A DNA stretch of 64,000 nucleotides, taken from an uncultured Mycoplasmatota bacterium (lineage in GTDB: Bacteria; Bacillota_I; Bacilli_A; RF39; UBA660). The position numbers were made by a program, and so were the translations under genes. The notes beneath the pieces were generated by a model. That model was not told the DNA's origin. It saw only the letters and a program-made list of their open reading frames with translations, and made no database searches. Location of the stretch: positions 479 through 64,478 of the forward strand of contig CANOWY010000005.1 in the NCBI GenBank assembly GCA_947571135.1, written 5' to 3'. Shown here one piece after another: positions 1 through 9,925 of the stretch (its first letter is position 1; each line of letters begins with the position of its first letter).

Positions 1-377
1 TTTTTAGGTTTAATGGTGAAGAATTTGTATTTGATCCTTGTTTGAGTATATTTTGTCGGAAAGAAGTGTTTGATAAAGTTTTTGAAGTAAATGTTTTAGG
101 TGGTGCAACAGCAAAACAAGTAAGAGAATATTTGCTTCAAGAAATGGAAAAACAAAAAACTAAAGAATTAACAGAAGGAGAGAAAATAGGAAGAGAGTTT
201 TTTAATAGTATTGCACCTTCTGGGTTTGAAAGACAACAATTAGAAACAATGATTAAAGTTAAATTAGAAGATGTGAATCATCCAATGTATAGAAATTTTA
301 CGGGCTATATTGCAGAAGTGGAAGAAGGACAAATTCGAAAATTAACCGCCCATTATTATGAAAAAGGGCTATATTAA
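1..377 (+). CDS. Hypothetical protein, 5'-partial (reading frame open from window edge; listed ORF uses internal TTG at 42)
   Basis: Frame is open from nt 3 to stop at 375-377; no recognisable motif. Confidence 0.4.
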   Translation, partial: FRFNGEEFVFDPCLSIFCRKEVFDKVFEVNVLGGATAKQVREYLLQEMEKQKTKELTEGEKIGREFFNSIAPSGFERQQLETMIKVKLEDVNHPMYRNFTGYIAEVEEGQIRKLTAHYYEKGLY

Positions 378-462
378 AACTATAGAGAAAAACTTTATAG
401 ATTTTTTCTTTTTTCACTTTATTCTCACAAATTCGTTATAATATAGTTACGAGGTGAAGTAC

Positions 463-1125
463 ATGAAAGTTTTAATTGTGGATGATGAAGCGTTAATCCG
501 CGATGTTATAAAAGAATATCTGAAGTTAGAAAATATGGATTATTTAGAAGCAAATGATGGGTATGAAGCCATTGATTTAGTGAAGAACAATGATTTTGAT
601 GTTGTGATTATGGATATCATGATGCCTAAAATGGATGGTTATACAGCCGTAAAGGAAATTCGCAAATTTAGCGATGTTCCTTTTATTATGTTGTCTGCTA
701 GAAGTGAAGAATACGATAAACTTACCTGTTTTGATATTGGTGCAGATGATTATGTGACAAAGCCTTTTAGTCCAAGAGAGTTAATTGCTCGTATTAAAGC
801 AGTGACGAAACGTAATCAAAGTACAAATTCTATGTATAAGTTTAAGGGATTAGAAATTGATTGTAATGCTCATGAAGTCTATGTAGATGGAGAGTCTATT
901 TATTTAACCCCAAAAGAATATGATTTACTCATTTACTTAATTGAAAATAAAAATATTGCTTTATCTCGTGAAAATTTACTTGAAAATATTTGGGGATATG
1001 ATTTTTATGGCGATGATAGAACAGTAGATACTCATGTGAAAACACTTAGAAATAATTTAGGAAAGTATCGTGATTTTATTGTAACGATTAGGAAAGTAGG
1101 GTATAAGTTTGAATATAAAGAGTAA
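463..1125 (+). CDS. Two-component response regulator, OmpR family (receiver + winged-helix)
   Basis: MKVLIVDDE receiver N-terminus, phospho-acceptor D in VIMDIMMP, C-terminal winged-helix (TVDTHVKTLRNNL); RBS GAGGTGA at 451-457 precedes ATG 463 (ORF track used GTG 454). Confidence 0.9.
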   Translation: MKVLIVDDEALIRDVIKEYLKLENMDYLEANDGYEAIDLVKNNDFDVVIMDIMMPKMDGYTAVKEIRKFSDVPFIMLSARSEEYDKLTCFDIGADDYVTKPFSPRELIARIKAVTKRNQSTNSMYKFKGLEIDCNAHEVYVDGESIYLTPKEYDLLIYLIENKNIALSRENLLENIWGYDFYGDDRTVDTHVKTLRNNLGKYRDFIVTIRKVGYKFEYKE

Positions 1126-2530
1126 AGGACAAGAACTGTTTAATCGCTTTAAAATAAGAAAGAATAGTCTAAATCTAAAGACACTATTTTATCTTATTTT
1201 ATTTAGTTTAGGAATTATTGTTTTTTTATGGTTATTTCAAGTTTTATTTTTACAATTTAGTTATGAACATTATCAAATTAAAAAAATGAATGCTTTGGTT
1301 AATCAAATTGATAGTACGAGTTTAGATAGTTTAGATAGTGTACTTACGACACTTGCTTATCAAAATGAAGTTTGTATAGAGTATGAATCCAATTATGGAA
1401 ATACATATACGTATAACACTTTGCAAGTTGGTTGTGGTCTTGATAAAAATATTAGTAGTATTAATAGGATTAAGAATAGTTTAAAGGAAAAAACGAGTAA
1501 AAAAAATGCTGTGAAGTTAATTCATCCAACATATAAGTCAAAAGCGTATTTGTATAGTATTAATATCGATATTGGCTATATTTTTGTGTATAGTAGTTTA
1601 GAAGATATCGATTCTACCAGTGTCATTTTAAAAGGACAATTAATTTATATTATGTTTTTGGTGCTTGTTTTTGCTTGTTTTATCGCTTACTTTTTATCTA
1701 AGAAGATTACGAAACCAATTATCAACATTACGAAAAAAGCAAGAGAAATGGGTCGTGGTAATTATGATGTAGTATTCCAAGAAAATGGAACTTTAGAAAT
1801 TGATGAACTTGCCAGTACTTTAAATAATGCGTGTAGTGATATGAAAAAAATTGATGAGTTAAGACGCGATTTACTTGCAAATGTCAGTCATGATTTAAAA
1901 ACACCACTTACGATGATTAAAGCCTATGCTGAAATGGTGCGTGATATTTCGTATAAAGATAAAGACAAAAGAAACAAAGACTTAAATATTATTATTGAGG
2001 AGACAGATAGGTTGAATACTTTAGTAAATGATTTATTAGATTTATCGAAATTAGAAGCAAATAGTGAAAGATTAAATATTACAGAATATGATTTAGTAGA
2101 ACAAGTTAAAACTGTTTTAAATCGTTATGATATTATGAAAGAAACAGAAAATTACCATTTTGTTTTGGAATTACCTGAAGTGGCCATGGTACATGCTGAT
2201 CAAAATAAAATCAATCAAGTCATTTATAATTTAATGAACAATGCGATTAATTATACTGGAAAAGATAAAAAGATAGTGATTCGCATTATCGAGAAAAAAG
2301 AAAGTTATTTAGTTGAAATTATGGATACAGGAAAAGGAATTAAAAGTGCAGATCTTCCTTATATTTGGGATAAGTATTATAAAAATGACAAGAATCACAA
2401 GCGTAATGTTGTAGGAACGGGGATAGGATTATCGATTGTTCGTAATATTTTAGAAATGCATAAATTTAAGTATGGGGTGCATAGTAAAAAAAGCCATGGA
2501 ACTACCTTTTATTTTGAAATTGTAAAATAA
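1109..2530 (+). CDS. Sensor histidine kinase (2 TM, HAMP-like, HisKA + HATPase_c)
   Basis: H-box LANVSHDLKTPLT, N-box NLMNNAINYT, G-boxes DTGKGI / GTGIGLSIV; 17-nt overlap with upstream response regulator. Confidence 0.9.
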   Translation: MNIKSKGQELFNRFKIRKNSLNLKTLFYLILFSLGIIVFLWLFQVLFLQFSYEHYQIKKMNALVNQIDSTSLDSLDSVLTTLAYQNEVCIEYESNYGNTYTYNTLQVGCGLDKNISSINRIKNSLKEKTSKKNAVKLIHPTYKSKAYLYSINIDIGYIFVYSSLEDIDSTSVILKGQLIYIMFLVLVFACFIAYFLSKKITKPIINITKKAREMGRGNYDVVFQENGTLEIDELASTLNNACSDMKKIDELRRDLLANVSHDLKTPLTMIKAYAEMVRDISYKDKDKRNKDLNIIIEETDRLNTLVNDLLDLSKLEANSERLNITEYDLVEQVKTVLNRYDIMKETENYHFVLELPEVAMVHADQNKINQVIYNLMNNAINYTGKDKKIVIRIIEKKESYLVEIMDTGKGIKSADLPYIWDKYYKNDKNHKRNVVGTGIGLSIVRNILEMHKFKYGVHSKKSHGTTFYFEIVK

Positions 2531-2694
2531 TGGAAGTTTCACTTAGACTTCACCATTTCTTCATATTCCTTTGGTATGATTAGTTCATAGAAAGGAAGGG
2601 ATGTGTATAGTATAAAAGAAGCAGTAAAAATATATAAATAAACGATAACTCTATACAATTTTAAATAACATATAAACTCAAACTCACACTTTTT

Positions 2695-2730
2695 AAAGAA
2701 CACGAACCTCTTGTGTTCTTTTCTTTTTTT
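2695..2730 (+). terminator. Rho-independent terminator after the two-component operon
   Basis: Inverted repeat AGAACACG...TGTGTTCT followed by T-run. Confidence 0.5.
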
Positions 2731-2750
2731 GAATTTTTTATAAAAAGTAG

Positions 2751-2779
2751 TTGACAAATTTGTTTGTTTTTAATATATT
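2751..2779 (+). promoter_or_regulatory. Sigma-A-like promoter of the pncA-pncB-nudix-nadE operon
   Basis: TTGACA (2751-2756), 17-nt spacer, TATATT (2774-2779). Confidence 0.4.
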
Positions 2780-2789
2780 GTTAATAACA
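2779..2789. promoter_or_regulatory. Palindrome TGTTA-A-TAACA overlapping the -10/+1 region; candidate NrtR operator
   Basis: Perfect 5-bp arms; the reverse-complementary version TGTTA-T-TAACA recurs at 2877-2887 in the same leader. Confidence 0.35.
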
Positions 2790-2876
2790 GGTGAAAAAAC
2801 TTGTTAAAATTTTACAGTTTGTTTTTAACATTTTATTAATAACTGTTCTTAGAAAAGAGCATATTATTTTAAATTG

Positions 2877-2887
2877 TGTTATTAACA
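2877..2887. promoter_or_regulatory. Second copy of TGTTAnTAACA palindrome close to the pncA RBS; candidate NrtR operator
   Basis: Perfect palindrome 30 nt upstream of pncA start. Confidence 0.35.
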
Positions 2888-2915
2888 AAATGATAATAAG
2901 AAAGAGGAGAAGAAA

Positions 2916-3599
2916 ATGAAAAATATGGAAATGGAAAGAAAAGGGTTAAGACAAGTGAGAGAAAGAATGGAAAGAAAAAAGAACTTAAATGAAATGAAGA
3001 AAGCATTATATGTGATTGATATGAATAATGGTTTTGTTAATTTTGGACCAATGGCTAATACTAGTTATTTAAACTTGGTTCCAGAGCAACAAAAATTAAT
3101 TGAGAAATTTAGAAGTGAAAAAGAACAAGTTAATTTTGTGTTAGAAGGTCATAATGAAAATGCTACAGAGTTTAAAAAATATCCTAGTCATTGTATTAAA
3201 GGAACAGAGGAAGCGGAATTGATACCAGAGTTTCAAAATGAAATTCTGTTACCTCAAACAAATATTTATGAAAAGAACTCTACAATGGGAATGTTTAATC
3301 AGGAATTACAACAAGATATGAAGCAAATGACTAATTTAAAAGAAGCGGTATTTTGTGGGGTGTGTGCGGATTTGTGTGTTATGGATTTTGCAAGACCTTA
3401 TGCAAGATTTTTAGATGAAATCAATAAAGAAGCAGTTTTATTTGCAGTAAAAAGTGCTATCGATACTTTTGATAGTCCTGGGCATAACCGCGAAGAATGG
3501 TTAAACATCGCTTATAAAGTGATGGAACAAGCCGGAATTATAACGGTAGAAAATTTTGAAGAATTAGAAGAATATGAAAGAAAACTAGGGTTAAAGTAG
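2916..3599 (+). CDS. pncA: Isochorismatase-family cysteine hydrolase, probable nicotinamidase
   Basis: ALYVIDMNNGF and catalytic-Cys region GVCADLCV typical of isochorismatase/nicotinamidase fold; immediately upstream of pncB. Confidence 0.7.
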   Translation: MKNMEMERKGLRQVRERMERKKNLNEMKKALYVIDMNNGFVNFGPMANTSYLNLVPEQQKLIEKFRSEKEQVNFVLEGHNENATEFKKYPSHCIKGTEEAELIPEFQNEILLPQTNIYEKNSTMGMFNQELQQDMKQMTNLKEAVFCGVCADLCVMDFARPYARFLDEINKEAVLFAVKSAIDTFDSPGHNREEWLNIAYKVMEQAGIITVENFEELEEYERKLGLK

Positions 3600-3612
3600 G
3601 AGGAGAAAAGTA

Positions 3613-5082
3613 ATGAAAATATACAATGGACATGAAAGATTACCAAGAAATTATACGATGATGAGTGATGCTTATGAATTTACAATGAGTACGGCTTATT
3701 TACTTAAGAACAAACAAAATGAAGAAGCGGTGTTTGATGTCTTCTTTAGAAAAGTTCCTAATAATGGTGGTTATGCAGTGATGGCAGGACTTGACCAAAT
3801 TATTCCTTATATTGAAAATTTAAAATTTAGAGAACAAGATTTAGATTTTTTTAGGAGAAATCATTATCCAGAAGAATTTATTACATATTTAAAAAACTTT
3901 AAGTTTACGGGTAGTATTTATGCTATTCCAGATGGGACACCAGTATTTCCAAATGAACCTTTAATTACTGTGAAAGCCCCTTTAATTGAAGCCCAAATTG
4001 TTGAGACGGCTATTTTATCTATTATTAATGGTTCTATGGAACATGCAACAGGTGCAAGAAAGATTATTGAAGCAACACCAAGAGGCGTTGGAGTTATGGA
4101 ATTTGGTTCTAGACGCGCTGCTGGAGTGGAAGATGCGATTAATTCTTCTATTTATGGAATTATGGCAGGTTGTATTGGCACAAGTAATGTAATGGCAGCC
4201 GATATGTTAAATATTCCAGGTATGGGTACAATGGCCCATAGTTATATTGAGTCATTTCCAAGTGAATATGAGGCATTCTTACATTATGCTTTAACTTATC
4301 CTAATAACTGTATGTTACTTGTTGATACAATTGATACTTTAAAAAGTGGTGTACCTAATGCGATTCGTGTATTTGATTATATGAAAGAAAAAGGGATTTC
4401 TACTGAACACATAGGAATTCGTATTGACTCTGGGGATTTGGCTTATCTTTCAAAAGAGGCAAGAAAAATGCTTAATCAAGCAGGGTATCCTAATGCTAAA
4501 ATTTGTTTAAGTAATGGACTTGATGATGAAAAGATTGAAAACTTATTAATACAAGGAGCAGAATTTGATAGTTTAGGTGTTGGAGATAATATTTCTAGAC
4601 CAAATGGTAGAATGGGTTGTGTTTATAAAGAAGTGGCTTTAAAAGAAAATGGCATATGGATACCTAAAATTAAAATAAGCAATACAACTGCTAAGATTAT
4701 CAATCCTGACTATAAAAAATTGTATCGTGTTTATGATAAAGAAACTGGTTTTGCCTTAGCAGATGTGATGACAAGAAGAAATGAAACAATGAAAAGAGAA
4801 GATTTAATTATTGTAAATCCGAATGATTTTACAAAAAGAAAAAATTTAAACAATTTTGAATTAAGAGAATTACAACAACCAATTTTTATAGAGGGACGTT
4901 TGGTGTATGATGACCCAGAAATTATGGAAAAACAAAAGTATTGTGAAAATGAAATGCATTCGTTATATCCTGAGGTTAAAAGAAGAGTAAATCCTCAAGA
5001 ATACTATGTAGATGGTACAGAAGATTACGTAGAGTTTAGAACAGAAATGATAGAAAATGCCAGAAAGTTGGTTCTTAAATAA
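3613..5082 (+). CDS. pncB: Nicotinate phosphoribosyltransferase
   Basis: 489 aa, conserved NAPRTase motifs (GTMAHSYIESF, RIDSGD). Confidence 0.9.
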   Translation: MKIYNGHERLPRNYTMMSDAYEFTMSTAYLLKNKQNEEAVFDVFFRKVPNNGGYAVMAGLDQIIPYIENLKFREQDLDFFRRNHYPEEFITYLKNFKFTGSIYAIPDGTPVFPNEPLITVKAPLIEAQIVETAILSIINGSMEHATGARKIIEATPRGVGVMEFGSRRAAGVEDAINSSIYGIMAGCIGTSNVMAADMLNIPGMGTMAHSYIESFPSEYEAFLHYALTYPNNCMLLVDTIDTLKSGVPNAIRVFDYMKEKGISTEHIGIRIDSGDLAYLSKEARKMLNQAGYPNAKICLSNGLDDEKIENLLIQGAEFDSLGVGDNISRPNGRMGCVYKEVALKENGIWIPKIKISNTTAKIINPDYKKLYRVYDKETGFALADVMTRRNETMKREDLIIVNPNDFTKRKNLNNFELRELQQPIFIEGRLVYDDPEIMEKQKYCENEMHSLYPEVKRRVNPQEYYVDGTEDYVEFRTEMIENARKLVLK

Positions 5083-5083
5083 A

Positions 5084-5683
5084 ATGGAAAAACTAGAAGA
5101 AATTCGTAAAATATATGAAGAGTTAAAAACGGTTCAAATGGTCAAAAAAAGAGAGTGCCTTTTTCGGAGAAAAAGCTTTTTACAACTAGAAAAGTATAAA
5201 TGTTTATTACATAATGGGAAAACAATTTTTAGAGAAAAAATATTAAAAAATCATAAAGAGGGAAATGCCGCCATTATACTTCCTATTACAGAGAATGGTG
5301 AATATATTTTGGCTATTGAACCAAGGGTATTTACAAAAGATACTGTGGATATTGGTTTTCCTGCTGGATATATAGAAGAAGATGAAAATCCTCGTAGAGC
5401 GGCTATTCGTGAACTTGAAGAAGAAACGGGTTATCAACCAGAAAGTTTAGAGTTTGTTGGATCTTACTATCCAGATCAAGGTTGTTCAGGTGCTTGTAAT
5501 TATTATTATATTGCAAGAAATTGTAAAAAGATTGGGACTCAACATTTAGATGAAGGGGAATTTATTAAATATGTTTTGGTAACAGAGGAAGAACTAGAAA
5601 AGATAGTAAATCTTGGAATGATAAAGGGATTAAATTCTGCTTATTTACTGGAAAGAGTTAAAAATAGAAAGGAAAAGAGGTAA
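5084..5683 (+). CDS. Nudix hydrolase (ADP-ribose pyrophosphatase-like)
   Basis: Nudix box GYIEEDENPRRAAIRELEEETGY; ORF opens at 5057 overlapping pncB, ATG 5084 immediately after pncB stop preferred. Confidence 0.75.
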   Translation: MEKLEEIRKIYEELKTVQMVKKRECLFRRKSFLQLEKYKCLLHNGKTIFREKILKNHKEGNAAIILPITENGEYILAIEPRVFTKDTVDIGFPAGYIEEDENPRRAAIRELEEETGYQPESLEFVGSYYPDQGCSGACNYYYIARNCKKIGTQHLDEGEFIKYVLVTEEELEKIVNLGMIKGLNSAYLLERVKNRKEKR

Positions 5684-5687
5684 AGAA

Positions 5688-7607
5688 ATGCATCGTTTTG
5701 GATTTGTTAAAGTAGGGGCATGTGTTCCTGAACTTAAAGTAGCAGATGTAAAGTTTAATACAGAAGAAATTAAAAAACAAATAGAAGGGGCAATAGAAAA
5801 AAATGTTGGTGTGTTAGTATTTCCAGAATTATGTTTAACTGGTTATACTTGTGCAGATTTATTTCAACAAGATGTATTATTACAAAAATGTGAAGAGGCT
5901 ATAGAAGATTTACTTGCTTTTTCTAAAAATAAAAATATTGTATTTATTGCTGGGACACCTATTTTTTGTGATAATGCTTTATTTAATTCTGCTATTGTTA
6001 TACAGAATGGTAAAATTTTGGGTATTATTCCAAAAACTTATATTCCAAATTATAATGAATTTTATGAGAAACGTTGGTTTGCTAGTAGTGAGCATTTAGT
6101 TTCTAAAGAAATTCATTTGTTTCATCAAAATATACCAATAGGGGTGGATTTATTATTTACTTGTGAGAATAGGAAGGGGTTTACTTTTGGGGTTGAGATT
6201 TGTGAAGATGTATGGAGTATAAATCCTAAAAGTAATGATTTAAGTATAGGTGGTGCTAATGTTATTTTTAATTTATCTGCAAGTAATGAAACAATTGGTA
6301 AGTATGAATATCGCAAAAATTTAATCAAAATGCAATCTGCTAAAACAATGACTGGATATGTTTATGTTTCAGCGGGTGTGAATGAAAGTACAACGGATTT
6401 GTTATTTTCTGGGTCAAGTATGATTTATGAAAATGGAACACTTTTAAGTGAAAATGAGCGTTTTGATTTTAAGAGTAATCTTATTTATAACGATATTGAT
6501 GTGTCAAAACTTAATAATGACCGTATAAAAAATACCAGTTTTCAATTAGATAAAAGTAAAGATTATCGTAAAATTGGTTTTCAAGTAGAAGAAAATCCTA
6601 TCTTAGATAGAACTTATACAAAAACACCATTTGTTCCTAGTAATCCATTAAAAAGAAAAGAAAGATGTGAAGAAATCATTCATATTCAAAGTTGTGCTCT
6701 TGCTAAGAGACTTAAACATACGAATATCAAAAAATGTATTTTGGGGATTTCTGGGGGGCTTGATTCTACTTTAGCATTTTTAATTATAGTAGAAGCCAAT
6801 AAAAAACTAGGAATTGCAAATGAAAATATTATGGCTATTACAATGCCTGGGTTTGGTACTACCAATAGGACGTATAAAAATGCGGTGGCATTAGTAAAAA
6901 AATATGGGGCTACTTTAAGAGAAGTGGATATTAAAAAATCTTGTATTCAACATTTTAAAGATATAGAACATGATATTGAAAACCATAATATTACGTATGA
7001 AAATGGGCAAGCAAGAGAACGTACACAAATATTAATGGATATCGCTAATCAAGAAAATGGTCTTGTAATTGGTACAGGAGATCTATCCGAACTTGCTCTT
7101 GGTTGGTGTACTTATAATGGAGACCAGATGAGTATGTATGCCGTAAATACAAGTATTCCAAAAACTCTTGTAAAATACTTAGTAGAATTTTTAGCAGAAA
7201 ATGAAAGTCCTGCTAAAGAAATCTTACTTGATATTTTAGATACACCAATTTCTCCAGAATTATTGCCACCAAGCAAAGAAGACAAAATAAAGCAAATTAC
7301 AGAAGATAACGTAGGACCTTATGTATTGCATGATTTTTACTTATATCATTTCTTGCGTTATGGTGCTTCTCCTAAGAAAATAGTTACCTTAGCATATCGT
7401 ACTTTTCAAGATGACTTTACTAAAGAGGAAATCTTAAAATGGTTAAAGGTATTTTTAAAAAGATTTTTTACTCAACAATTTAAAAGAAGTTGTATGCCAG
7501 ATGGAGTGAAGGTTGGAAGTATTAGTTTATCACCAAGAGGGGACATGCGTATGCCAAGTGATGCTTCTTATACTATGTGGTTAGAGGAATTAGAAAGTGA
7601 AGAGTAG
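5688..7607 (+). CDS. nadE: Glutamine-dependent NAD+ synthetase (CN-hydrolase + NAD synthase domains)
   Basis: N-terminal nitrilase-like domain, C-terminal PP-loop GISGGLDST. Confidence 0.9.
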   Translation: MHRFGFVKVGACVPELKVADVKFNTEEIKKQIEGAIEKNVGVLVFPELCLTGYTCADLFQQDVLLQKCEEAIEDLLAFSKNKNIVFIAGTPIFCDNALFNSAIVIQNGKILGIIPKTYIPNYNEFYEKRWFASSEHLVSKEIHLFHQNIPIGVDLLFTCENRKGFTFGVEICEDVWSINPKSNDLSIGGANVIFNLSASNETIGKYEYRKNLIKMQSAKTMTGYVYVSAGVNESTTDLLFSGSSMIYENGTLLSENERFDFKSNLIYNDIDVSKLNNDRIKNTSFQLDKSKDYRKIGFQVEENPILDRTYTKTPFVPSNPLKRKERCEEIIHIQSCALAKRLKHTNIKKCILGISGGLDSTLAFLIIVEANKKLGIANENIMAITMPGFGTTNRTYKNAVALVKKYGATLREVDIKKSCIQHFKDIEHDIENHNITYENGQARERTQILMDIANQENGLVIGTGDLSELALGWCTYNGDQMSMYAVNTSIPKTLVKYLVEFLAENESPAKEILLDILDTPISPELLPPSKEDKIKQITEDNVGPYVLHDFYLYHFLRYGASPKKIVTLAYRTFQDDFTKEEILKWLKVFLKRFFTQQFKRSCMPDGVKVGSISLSPRGDMRMPSDASYTMWLEELESEE

Positions 7608-7609
7608 TT

Positions 7610-7741
7610 ATGCATTATAAAATTTTTTCTAGTAGTGAAGGAAATGTTTGGACTTTTGATCCAGCAGGCCAAGATGATACTGGTGGGGGTTGTGGACAAC
7701 TGTGGTATGTGCAAAATTGTTTAAGAGAGTATAAAAAATAA
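7610..7741 (+). CDS. Small Cys/Gly-containing ORF (43 aa) between nadE and prs; may be non-coding
   Basis: ATG directly after nadE stop; locally GC-rich; no RBS. Confidence 0.2.
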   Translation: MHYKIFSSSEGNVWTFDPAGQDDTGGGCGQLWYVQNCLREYKK

Positions 7742-7758
7742 GAAATGGAGTGTTACTT

Positions 7759-8829
7759 ATGAATGATTTAAAATTAATTGTTTTAGATAATATAGAAGAT
7801 TTAGGCGGAAAAGTAGATGAATGCTTGCAGAAAAATATGGGGAGTAAAGAAACTTTTTTAGTCCCTATTACAAGAGATCGTTTTAGTAATGGAGAAGGAA
7901 AGATTAAAATTAATGCTTCGGTACGTGATAAAGATATTTATATACTAAGTGATGTAGGCAATTATAATATTACTTATTCGATGCATGGTTATACACATCA
8001 TTACTCACCTGATGAACATTTTCAAGATATTAAGAGAGTGATTTCTGCTCTTTCTGGCTATGCCGCCAAAATTACATTAGTTATGCCTTTGCTTTATGAA
8101 TCACGTCAACACAAGAGAAAAGGAAGAGAGTCCTTAGATTGCGCGATTGCATTAAAAGAACTAGAAACACTAGGTGTAGATCATATTGTAACTTTTGATG
8201 CACACGATCCTAATGTATCAAATGCTATTCCTACTCTTCCTTTTGAAAATTTCTTTGTTGCTCATGATATTTTAAATCAAATTGTAAAAAAAGAAAATAT
8301 TAGTAATTTACTTGTAATTAGTCCAGATATGGGGGCTATGGAACGTGCAAGATACTATGCCGAGATTTTAAATAGTGATGTAGGTGTTTTTTATAAAAGA
8401 AGAGATTTAAGTAAAGTGATTGACGGAAAAAATCCGATTGTAGAACATGTTTATTTAGGCACTTCTGTTAGGGGTAAGGATATTATTGTTGTAGATGATA
8501 TGATTGCAACAGGTTCTTCCATGATTGAGGTAGCCACTTATTTAAAAGAACATGGGGCTAGAAAAGTTTATTTGGTTTCTACTTTTGCTCTTTTAACCGA
8601 AGGACCTTCCGTTTTTATAGAAGCCTACCAAAAAGGATTATTTGCTAAATTATATTCTACTAATCTTTCTTATGTTTCAGAAGTCATAAAGGAAGAGGAA
8701 TGGTATGAAGAGGTAGATTGCTCTAAAAGACTTTCTTGTATTATTGAAAAATTACATAATAAGGAGTCTTTAAAAACAATCTATAATGATGTCGAAGAGG
8801 TATTAAAAAATGTAGAGAGGAAAAAATGA
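7759..8829 (+). CDS. prs: Ribose-phosphate pyrophosphokinase (PRPP synthetase) family, divergent
   Basis: FSNGE, RQHKRKGRES (RQDRK region), DAHD, PRPP-binding IIVVDDMIATGSS; RBS GGAG 7747-7750 before ATG 7759 (ORF track used GTG 7750). Confidence 0.8.
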   Translation: MNDLKLIVLDNIEDLGGKVDECLQKNMGSKETFLVPITRDRFSNGEGKIKINASVRDKDIYILSDVGNYNITYSMHGYTHHYSPDEHFQDIKRVISALSGYAAKITLVMPLLYESRQHKRKGRESLDCAIALKELETLGVDHIVTFDAHDPNVSNAIPTLPFENFFVAHDILNQIVKKENISNLLVISPDMGAMERARYYAEILNSDVGVFYKRRDLSKVIDGKNPIVEHVYLGTSVRGKDIIVVDDMIATGSSMIEVATYLKEHGARKVYLVSTFALLTEGPSVFIEAYQKGLFAKLYSTNLSYVSEVIKEEEWYEEVDCSKRLSCIIEKLHNKESLKTIYNDVEEVLKNVERKK

Positions 8830-9407
8830 TGAGAATTGGTATATATGGTGGTTCTTTTAATCCACCACATCGATTACATAAGAAAATTGCTACTTTTTTA
8901 CTTGAGAATGATTATTTAGATAAAGTTATTTTTGTACCAACAGGAAATCGGTATCCTAAAGGGGAGTTGCTAGAAAGTCAGTATCGTTGTCATATGGTAG
9001 AAAACATGATTAAGGATTCAAAAAATATGGAACTTTCTACTTATGAACTTAAAAATACTCTTACGTATACTTATCAAACTTTAAATTATTTTCAGGAAAA
9101 ATATCCAGAAGATGAAATTTATTTTATAACGGGAGCAGATAATATAAAACAAATTAGAACTTGGAAAAATTATACTTATATTTTAGAAAATTTTAAAATT
9201 TATGTGTTGCCAAGAGAAAATCAAAATATAAATAAAGTTTTAAACGATATACCTAGTGAAAATATTTTTCTTTTGGATTTTCCAACAGAAGATGTTTCCT
9301 CTACTATGATTCGAACGTTAATAAAAGAACATCGTGAAGAAGATTTAGATTTTTATTTGGATAGAAATGTTTTAGAATATATAAAGAAAGAAGGTTTATA
9401 TAAATGA
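8826..9407 (+). CDS. nadD: Nicotinate-nucleotide adenylyltransferase
   Basis: IGIYGGSFNPPHRLH (H/TxGH) motif; overlaps prs stop by 4 nt. Confidence 0.9.
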   Translation: MMRIGIYGGSFNPPHRLHKKIATFLLENDYLDKVIFVPTGNRYPKGELLESQYRCHMVENMIKDSKNMELSTYELKNTLTYTYQTLNYFQEKYPEDEIYFITGADNIKQIRTWKNYTYILENFKIYVLPRENQNINKVLNDIPSENIFLLDFPTEDVSSTMIRTLIKEHREEDLDFYLDRNVLEYIKKEGLYK

Positions 9408-9877
9408 TGAAGGAAGTTGTAGAAAAATTAGTGCAGATGAAAAAAACAATTAGTACTATGGAGTCTTGTACGGGAGGATATATAGCAAGTGCAATTACGG
9501 ATAATGAGAATGCTAGTAAAGTTCTTTCTTTTAGCGTAGTGACGTATTCAAATGAGGCAAAAATCAAAATGGGTGTAGAGGAAGATGTTATTAAAACCTA
9601 TTCTGTGTATAGTATGGAAGCAGCAGATGAGATGAGTAAAAATAGTAGTCGTTTGGCAAATTCTAGTTTTGGTGTTGGAATTACGGGGCAAATTAATCGT
9701 AAAGATGAAAAAAATCCAACGAATGAACATGATAAGGTTTATATTAGTATTTATGATGCTGAAAAGGATTTTTATTATAGAGAAACTTTTCAAACTGTTT
9801 CCGAGCCAAGACGTAAAAATAAAGAACTTATTTGTAGAAAAGTAGAAGAAATGTTTTTACATATTTTATCGCTATAA
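9404..9877 (+). CDS. pncC: CinA C-terminal-domain protein / NMN amidohydrolase
   Basis: ESCTGG motif characteristic of CinA_C/PncC; 4-nt overlap with nadD. Confidence 0.8.
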   Translation: MMKEVVEKLVQMKKTISTMESCTGGYIASAITDNENASKVLSFSVVTYSNEAKIKMGVEEDVIKTYSVYSMEAADEMSKNSSRLANSSFGVGITGQINRKDEKNPTNEHDKVYISIYDAEKDFYYRETFQTVSEPRRKNKELICRKVEEMFLHILSL

Positions 9878-9925
9878 TTTTAAAATCGTTTGTGTTATAA
9901 TCAAATTGTAAGTAAGAGGTAAACA

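Noticed and set aside
2539-2757. 72-aa minus-strand ORF between the histidine kinase and pncA
   Set aside because: Lies in the intergenic region containing the terminator hairpin and promoter; low-complexity Phe/Lys-rich; no RBS
3986-4192. Internal alternative-frame ORF within pncB
   Set aside because: Embedded in a well-supported gene; no independent signals
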